The notes below the pieces were generated by a model. That model had not been told where the DNA came from, did not search any database, and was given only the letters and a program-made list of their open reading frames with translations. A stretch of 11,682 bases of DNA. It comes from Elainellales cyanobacterium (GTDB lineage Bacteria > Cyanobacteriota > Cyanobacteriia > Elainellales > Elainellaceae). The position numbers and the translations under genes were made by a program. The stretch lies in the NCBI GenBank assembly GCA_038239185.1, contig JBBSFA010000021.1, positions 1-11,682 on the forward strand, written 5' to 3'. Positions within the stretch are counted from its first letter, which is position 1. Each line of letters begins with the position of its first letter. Positions 7,468-11,682 of the stretch are shown in pieces.

Positions 7468-7508
7468 ACACAGTAGGAGAGGTAGTGAAACTACCTCTCC
7501 TACTGTGT
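7468..7508. terminator. Perfect 18-bp inverted repeat with a 5-nt loop. It is a probable bidirectional transcription terminator, or a structured RNA element.
   Basis: The arms are ACACAGTAGGAGAGGTAG and CTACCTCTCCTACTGTGT, separated by the loop tgaaa, with no mismatch. It sits 23 nt after the TPR gene stop and 18 nt before the stop of the convergent ORF 7526..7738. No T-tract follows. Cyanobacterial terminators often lack one. Confidence 0.55.
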
Positions 7509-7525
7509 CTTAAGGCAATTCGGAT

Positions 7526-7738
7526 TTAATCGATCGAAATGGACTGAGGCCCATTATTCGTGCCATTAGCATTGATCGAAGCAGAGTAAGAGGGCGATCC
7601 GGTTTGATTGTCTAGCCAGCTTTTGACTGGATCTTCAGCGAGGTTGAGACGCAGCAGACCTGAAACGAAGCCGCCCAAGAAGGCGATCGGATATCCAGAG
7701 AGTTCTTTGAAAACCGGGGTTAGCTCGTCTAAAAACAT
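7526..7738 (-). CDS. Small (70 aa) hypothetical protein with one amphipathic/hydrophobic segment (PIAFLGGFVSGLLRLNLA)
   Basis: The ORF comes from the six-frame track. It is convergent with the TPR gene, and the 18-bp hairpin lies just past its stop. It has no clear Shine-Dalgarno and I recognise no family. Coding status is uncertain. Confidence 0.35.
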   Translation of the reverse strand: MFLDELTPVFKELSGYPIAFLGGFVSGLLRLNLAEDPVKSWLDNQTGSPSYSASINANGTNNGPQSISID

Positions 7739-7988
7739 AGAAGATCTTTTTATCTGAGACAGGTACGCTTCTGATCCTAGCGTGGGAATTCAGCGCTGCG
7801 TCAAGCCACAGAAGTCGATACGAATATTGATTGCGTCCTGAGCTTGTTCAAAACTTTAATTTTTCAGGGCTTTTTCTTTACTGCTGCTTCTTTTCTACTT
7901 TTTAGGATTACGGTGACAGCTATTTGCAACCCAGAAGATTGCCCATTCAGTGGCAGAGCCAGTCCAGTCGTAGAGAGTCACTCTTCTT

Positions 7989-9653
7989 ATGAACTCACTA
8001 AAAAAAAGTTGGGTTTCTATCCCTGTTTTCTGTCGGCTTCTGATTATCGTTGGTTTGGTTGCAGGAATTTCACTGCGGTTTGTCAATCTGGAAGGCAAGG
8101 TTTACCAGCATGATGAAACCTTTACGTCGCTGCGTCTGTCCGGCTACACCGAAGCTGATGCTGTAAAAAATCTATCTAAGGCAGGCGTGGTTAGCCTCAG
8201 CGATGTGGCGCAATATCAGCAGAGCAATCCCAAAACCGGAGTCGTTGAGACGGTTAAGGGCTTGGCGGCTGAAGAGTCGCAGCTCACTCCGCTGTATTTT
8301 ATTCTGGCGAAATTTTGGACGGGCTGGTTCGGGGATTCGATCGCCGCCATTCGGACATTGTCTGCGATCGGCAGTCTTTTGGCTTTGCCTTGCATGTATT
8401 GGCTTTGCTGGGAGCTATTTGAATCGGCTTCGGCCGGATGGATTGGCATGATGATCCTGGCTATTTCGCCTTTTCAGATCCTCTACGCCCAAGAAGCCCG
8501 TTCCTATAGTTTATGGGCAGCCACTATTCTGTTGTCTAGCGCCGCTCTGGTGCGGACAATGAGGGTACAAACAAGGGCAAGCTGGCTGATCTATGCCGTC
8601 ACCTCGGCGCTAAATCTTTATGTCTACTTGTTTTCAGTCTTTGTCGCGCTCGCTCACGTCCTCTATGTGCTGGTGATTGAACGATTCCGACCCAATCGAC
8701 GGATGCTGGCGTTTGCGATCGCTTTTGGCTTGAGCCTGCTGGCTTTTGCCCCCTGGATCTGGGTGCTCCTGAGTACGACAAAGCAAATCAACCACGCGAC
8801 CCGCTGGACATGGACGGTCGATGATAATTTATCTTTAGTTGATATCTATCGCCAGACTCTCTACTACCTGAGCACGGGATTTGTCGATATTTTTAGCTAT
8901 CAACCCGCCGCACCTGCGAAATATTTTTTCTCGTTTTCCTATTGGCTAGTCCGCTTCCTGGTGATTTACGGGCTGTATTTGCTTTGCCGCAAGATGCCGC
9001 CGCGCACCTGGATATTTGTCGCTTCATTGCTTCTTGTTCCCGCGCTGGGACTGATTCTGCCTGATCTACTTTTTGGCGGCACAAGATATCTAGTTCCCCG
9101 CTATGTGGTTCCGCTTTATTTAAGCTGCCAGATCGCGGTCACCTATGTCCTATCCCGGAAATTACTAACGTCTCAGCCGTCAGAACAAAAAAATCAAAGA
9201 CGACGATGGGTCTGGCAGGGAGTTACGGCGATCGTGTTGTTCATCGGGTTGTTTTCCGGCAAGTTAATTGCGGAATCCAGCAGTTGGTGGAACAAGATGA
9301 TCAACAATAACAACCCGCACATCGCCCAGATCATCAACCAAGCCGATCGCCCTTTGCTAATCAGCGACACAGGGCTAGGCGATCTGCTCTCGCTCAGCCA
9401 CTATCTCGATCCAAAAGTGCATTTGCTAGTCAGACCCTACTGCTACACTGCCTGCCAAGTCGATCCAGCTTATCGAGAACTCGAACTCTTCCCTTACCTG
9501 CCGCCGATTCCGTCCGGCTATAGCGATGTCTTTATTTACTACGCTCGTCCTCAGCCCCCCTGGAAGAAACGCTTAGCGGAGGCAAAGTATCATCCCCTCA
9601 CCGTGTTGGCGAACAAAGACGAAGAGTGGCTCTGGAAAGTTAAAGCTCAATAG
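7989..9653 (+). CDS. GT-C fold membrane glycosyltransferase, family 39 / ArnT-PMT-like (dolichyl/undecaprenyl-phosphate-sugar dependent)
   Basis: This is a 554 aa polytopic membrane protein. The N-terminal TM helix is followed by a first loop carrying HDE (VYQHDETFTS). A conserved ArnT/PMT-like block follows (TPLYFILAKFWTGWFGDSIAAIRTLSAIGSLLALPCMYWLCWELF). There are many further TM segments and a soluble C-terminal domain. The T-rich stretch 7851-7915 lies upstream. Confidence 0.75.
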   Translation: MNSLKKSWVSIPVFCRLLIIVGLVAGISLRFVNLEGKVYQHDETFTSLRLSGYTEADAVKNLSKAGVVSLSDVAQYQQSNPKTGVVETVKGLAAEESQLTPLYFILAKFWTGWFGDSIAAIRTLSAIGSLLALPCMYWLCWELFESASAGWIGMMILAISPFQILYAQEARSYSLWAATILLSSAALVRTMRVQTRASWLIYAVTSALNLYVYLFSVFVALAHVLYVLVIERFRPNRRMLAFAIAFGLSLLAFAPWIWVLLSTTKQINHATRWTWTVDDNLSLVDIYRQTLYYLSTGFVDIFSYQPAAPAKYFFSFSYWLVRFLVIYGLYLLCRKMPPRTWIFVASLLLVPALGLILPDLLFGGTRYLVPRYVVPLYLSCQIAVTYVLSRKLLTSQPSEQKNQRRRWVWQGVTAIVLFIGLFSGKLIAESSSWWNKMINNNNPHIAQIINQADRPLLISDTGLGDLLSLSHYLDPKVHLLVRPYCYTACQVDPAYRELELFPYLPPIPSGYSDVFIYYARPQPPWKKRLAEAKYHPLTVLANKDEEWLWKVKAQ

Positions 9654-9661
9654 TCTAGATT

Positions 9662-9690
9662 AATCCCGACAAAAAAAGTCGGGATTGTTT
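9662..9690 (+). terminator. Intrinsic terminator downstream of the glycosyltransferase gene
   Basis: The stem AATCCCGAC / GTCGGGATT (9 bp) has an A7 loop and is followed by GTTT. It lies 9 nt after the stop at 9653. Confidence 0.65.
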
Positions 9691-9820
9691 GACCCTGTTT
9701 TCAGGGCGTGTTACTATCCATCAACATCCGGTGAGAAAAGACTGACTCTGCCTTGCTGGACTCTAGAGCCGAAAAAATTAAGGCTTTGCTACCGTCAAGC
9801 GTGTTAAGAAAGGACGAACC

Positions 9821-11122
9821 ATGACCCAGGCGATCGAAAAACTCTCGGCTAGAACTGCCACTTTCACGGGCTTAAAGTGTAAGGAATGCGGCACAGAATA
9901 CGAAGCCAAAGCCATCCACGTTTGCGAAGAATGCTTTGGTCCGCTGGAAGTCGCCTATGACTATAGTCAGCTTCGCCGCACCGTGACTCGCGAAACCATT
10001 CAGGCGGGTCCTAACTCAATCTGGCGTTACCGTGCTTTCTTGCCCGTAGAAACCGATACGCCGATCGATGTCGGCACAGGCATGACCCCGCTCCTGCAAG
10101 CCAACCGCCTCGCTCGTCGCCTGGGTCTGAAGCGGCTGTACATCAAGAACGATGCGGTCAACATGCCCACCCTTAGCTTCAAAGATCGGGTGGTCTCTGT
10201 AGCACTGACTCGCGCTCGTGAACTAGGATTCACGACCGTATCCTGCGCTAGCACGGGCAATTTGGCAAACTCGACCGCTGCGATCGCCGCTCACGCCGGA
10301 CTCGACTGCTGCGTGTTCATCCCCTCTGATCTCGAAGCTGGCAAAGTCCTGGGCACGCTGATCTACAGTCCTACGGTAATGTCGGTTCACGGCAACTATG
10401 ACCAAGTGAACCGCCTCTGCTCCGAAGTTGCCAACACGCACGGCTGGGGCTTTGTCAATATCAACCTGCGCCCTTACTATTCGGAAGGCTCTAAGACTTT
10501 AGGTTACGAAGTCGTTGAGCAGCTAGGCTGGCAGTTGCCCGACCACATTGTGGCTCCATTGGCATCTGGCTCTTTGTTCACCAAAATCTACAAAGGTTTC
10601 CAGGAATTCATCAAAGTCGGTCTGGTAGATGAAAAGCCTGTGCGCTTCAGCGGCGCGCAAGCGGAAGGCTGCTCTCCGATCGCCCAAGCATACCGCGACG
10701 GACGCGACTTCATTACTCCCGTCAAGCCCAACACGATCGCTAAATCACTGGCGATCGGCAATCCGGCGGACGGCATCTATGCGATCGAAGTGGCGAACAA
10801 GACGAATGGCAGCATTGAGTCTGTGAACGACCAGGAAATTATTGATGGCATCAAGCTGCTAGCAGAAACCGAAGGCATCTTTACCGAAACCGCAGGCGGC
10901 ACCACGATCGCCACGCTCAAGAAGCTAGTGGAAGCAGGCAAGATTAGTCCCGATGAAACCACCGTGGTCTATATCACAGGTAACGGTCTGAAAACCCAAG
11001 AGGCAGTTCAAGGCTATATTGGCGAACCGCTGACGATCGAACCGAAGCTGGAAGCGTTTGAACGGGCATTGGAGCGCTCCCGGACGCTCGATCGCTTGGA
11101 GTGGCAGCAAGTCAGCGTTTGA
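9821..11122 (+). CDS. thrC: Threonine synthase family PLP enzyme (ThrC-like) with an N-terminal Cys4 zinc ribbon
   Basis: This is a 433 aa ORF. The N-terminus has CKEC-x12-CEEC, a CxxC...CxxC zinc ribbon encoded at 9878-9937. The PLP-lysine motif TLSFKDR is present, as is a glycine-rich PLP phosphate loop region (SCASTGNLANSTAA). Overall ThrC/TrpB fold-type II hallmarks are present. An AAGGA Shine-Dalgarno sits 8 nt upstream of the ATG. The symbol thrC reflects family membership only. The adjacent CysO-like gene raises the possibility of a non-threonine function; see findings. Confidence 0.85.
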   Translation: MTQAIEKLSARTATFTGLKCKECGTEYEAKAIHVCEECFGPLEVAYDYSQLRRTVTRETIQAGPNSIWRYRAFLPVETDTPIDVGTGMTPLLQANRLARRLGLKRLYIKNDAVNMPTLSFKDRVVSVALTRARELGFTTVSCASTGNLANSTAAIAAHAGLDCCVFIPSDLEAGKVLGTLIYSPTVMSVHGNYDQVNRLCSEVANTHGWGFVNINLRPYYSEGSKTLGYEVVEQLGWQLPDHIVAPLASGSLFTKIYKGFQEFIKVGLVDEKPVRFSGAQAEGCSPIAQAYRDGRDFITPVKPNTIAKSLAIGNPADGIYAIEVANKTNGSIESVNDQEIIDGIKLLAETEGIFTETAGGTTIATLKKLVEAGKISPDETTVVYITGNGLKTQEAVQGYIGEPLTIEPKLEAFERALERSRTLDRLEWQQVSV

Positions 11123-11158
11123 TCTCGTCTGATCTTTCGATCTTCTGATCTTTTGATC
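11121..11158. repeat. Cluster of five GATCT motifs at 8-10 bp spacing, overlapping the thrC stop codon and the start of the intergenic region
   Basis: Direct reading gives GATCTcgtctGATCTttcGATCTtctGATCTtttGATCTatag. GATC falls at 11121, 11131, 11139, 11147 and 11155. Confidence 0.6.
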
Positions 11159-11166
11159 TATAGTGA

Positions 11167-11199
11167 CAGGGCGCAACTTACCTCTACCGTTGCGTCCTG
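11167..11199 (+). terminator. Stem-loop in the thrC-cysO-like spacer. It has an 11-bp stem with one G.U pair and an 11-nt loop. It could be a terminator or an attenuator.
   Basis: The left arm cagggcgcaac pairs with the right arm gttgcgtcctg, with loop ttacctctacc. A weak ttttat follows about 15 nt later, and no clean T-tract is present. Confidence 0.3.
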
Positions 11200-11238
11200 C
11201 GAAACAAGCTTTTATCCTTCATCCCCTATCCCTGCAAA

Positions 11239-11514
11239 ATGGCTGTCAAAGTTCTCATTCCCACTCCACTGCAAAAATTCACTCGTGACCAAGCGACGCT
11301 CGACTGTGAAGGCGGCAGCATCAGTGAGCTGCTCGATTCGCTAGAGCAGAGCTTTCCGGGGATCAAATCTCGCTTGTGCGATGAGCAAGGCGAACTGCGC
11401 CGATTCATCAACTTCTATGTCAACAGTGAAGATATTCGCTTTCTGGAAGGCAAAAACACGGCATTGAGCGCGGGTGATGAAGTGAGCATTGTGCCAGCGG
11501 TTGCGGGCGGCTGA
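11239..11514 (+). CDS. MoaD/ThiS-family sulfur-carrier protein with C-terminal Gly-Gly, CysO-like
   Basis: This is a 91 aa ORF ending ...[13 protein letters not shown] followed by a stop. The beta-grasp carrier signature runs throughout. The C-terminal half ([14 protein letters not shown]...[13 protein letters not shown]) closely matches what I recall of Mycobacterium tuberculosis CysO (...RFVNIYVNDEDVRF...GDSVTILPAVAGG). No Shine-Dalgarno is present, which is common in cyanobacteria. Confidence 0.85.
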   Translation: MAVKVLIPTPLQKFTRDQATLDCEGGSISELLDSLEQSFPGIKSRLCDEQGELRRFINFYVNSEDIRFLEGKNTALSAGDEVSIVPAVAGG

Positions 11515-11578
11515 TATTTACCTAAAGACAAGTCCCCAGATTCCTTAGCAAGAACAGATTTTGTAAGCGAGCGAAGCC

Positions 11579-11682
11579 ATGCCAGACGAAGAAACAACTT
11601 CCCCACAAAACCCCACAGAAGTTCCTCCAGTCACCGACTCGATCGCGCCAGATGCCCCGGATGTTAATGCTCCCGAAGCCGC
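11579..11682 (+). CDS. Partial ORF of unknown function with an acidic, proline-rich N-terminus. It continues past the right edge.
   Basis: ATG at 11579 is followed by a stop-free frame to the window end (MPDEETTSPQNPTEVPPVTDSIAPDAPDVNAPEA). It is not in the supplied track because it is open-ended. Only 34 codons are visible, so coding status and function are unsupported beyond the open frame. Confidence 0.3.
   Translation, partial: MPDEETTSPQNPTEVPPVTDSIAPDAPDVNAPEA

Noticed and set aside
7844-8113. Overlapping ORFs 7844..8113(+) and 7895..8098(-) at the glycosyltransferase 5' end
   Set aside because: They are out of frame with, and overlap, the well-supported GT39-like gene start. The T-rich DNA here is more likely promoter or UP-element sequence.
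8203-9084. Track ORFs 8203..8451(+), 8216..8449(-), 8599..8781(-) and 8893..9084(-)
   Set aside because: They are shadow frames within the glycosyltransferase gene.
10027-11176. Track ORFs 10027..10260(-), 10223..10441(-), 10588..10776(-), 10629..10826(+), 10777..10962(-) and 10925..11176(-)
   Set aside because: They are shadow frames within the thrC-like gene.
11153-11606. Track ORFs 11153..11344(+), 11226..11411(-) and 11415..11606(-)
   Set aside because: They overlap the clearly recognisable CysO-like gene or its flanks in other frames or on the opposite strand, and have no motifs.
1-11682. Possibility of a mobile element, CRISPR array, tRNA or defence island
   Set aside because: There are no direct or inverted terminal repeats and no transposase- or integrase-like frames. 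There are no regularly spaced repeat-spacer units and no tRNA-like cloverleaf candidates. Gene content and HIP1 density look like core chromosome.

Overview
The window is an 11.7 kb chromosomal stretch that is almost certainly cyanobacterial. I count at least 17 perfect copies of the HIP1 octamer GCGATCGC by eye, against fewer than 1 expected by chance. They sit mostly in coding DNA and are absent from the two long AT-rich intergenic regions. The gene content is cyanobacteria-typical. I see no tRNA, rRNA, CRISPR array or mobile element.

Gene order:
- A partial Ser/Thr kinase (1..1602, minus) with an N-terminal 4-Cys prefix and C-terminal WD40 repeats. It runs off the left edge, so it is absent from the supplied ORF track.
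- A flotillin/SPFH protein (1589..3637, minus) directly upstream of the kinase, overlapping it by 14 nt.
- A divergent carbohydrate-type ABC permease (3943..4860, plus), followed by a small Cys4 protein (4904..5122, plus) and a strong bidirectional terminator.
- A convergent CrtR-like di-iron hydroxylase/desaturase (5161..6075, minus).
- A 530 bp AT-rich spacer (6076..6605).
- A TPR protein (6606..7445, plus), an 18-bp perfect hairpin, and a small convergent ORF (7526..7738, minus).
- A GT39/ArnT-like GT-C membrane glycosyltransferase (7989..9653, plus) with its own terminator.
- A zinc-ribbon ThrC-family PLP enzyme (9821..11122, plus), then a CysO/MoaD-like Gly-Gly sulfur-carrier protein (11239..11514, plus), then an unknown partial ORF (11579..end, plus).

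The most interesting points:
- The ThrC-like and CysO-like pair suggests protein-thiocarboxylate-dependent sulfur amino-acid chemistry, possibly a MetM/MetO-like route.
- The flotillin and kinase appear translationally coupled. The kinase has atypical HGD and DWG motifs. The flotillin carries an unusual signal-peptide-like N-terminal extension with QAQPQ repeats.
- A cluster of five GATCT repeats sits at the thrC stop codon.
- There are several candidate regulatory repeats and hairpins.

All functional calls rest on motif and family recognition from reading the translations. No database search was possible.
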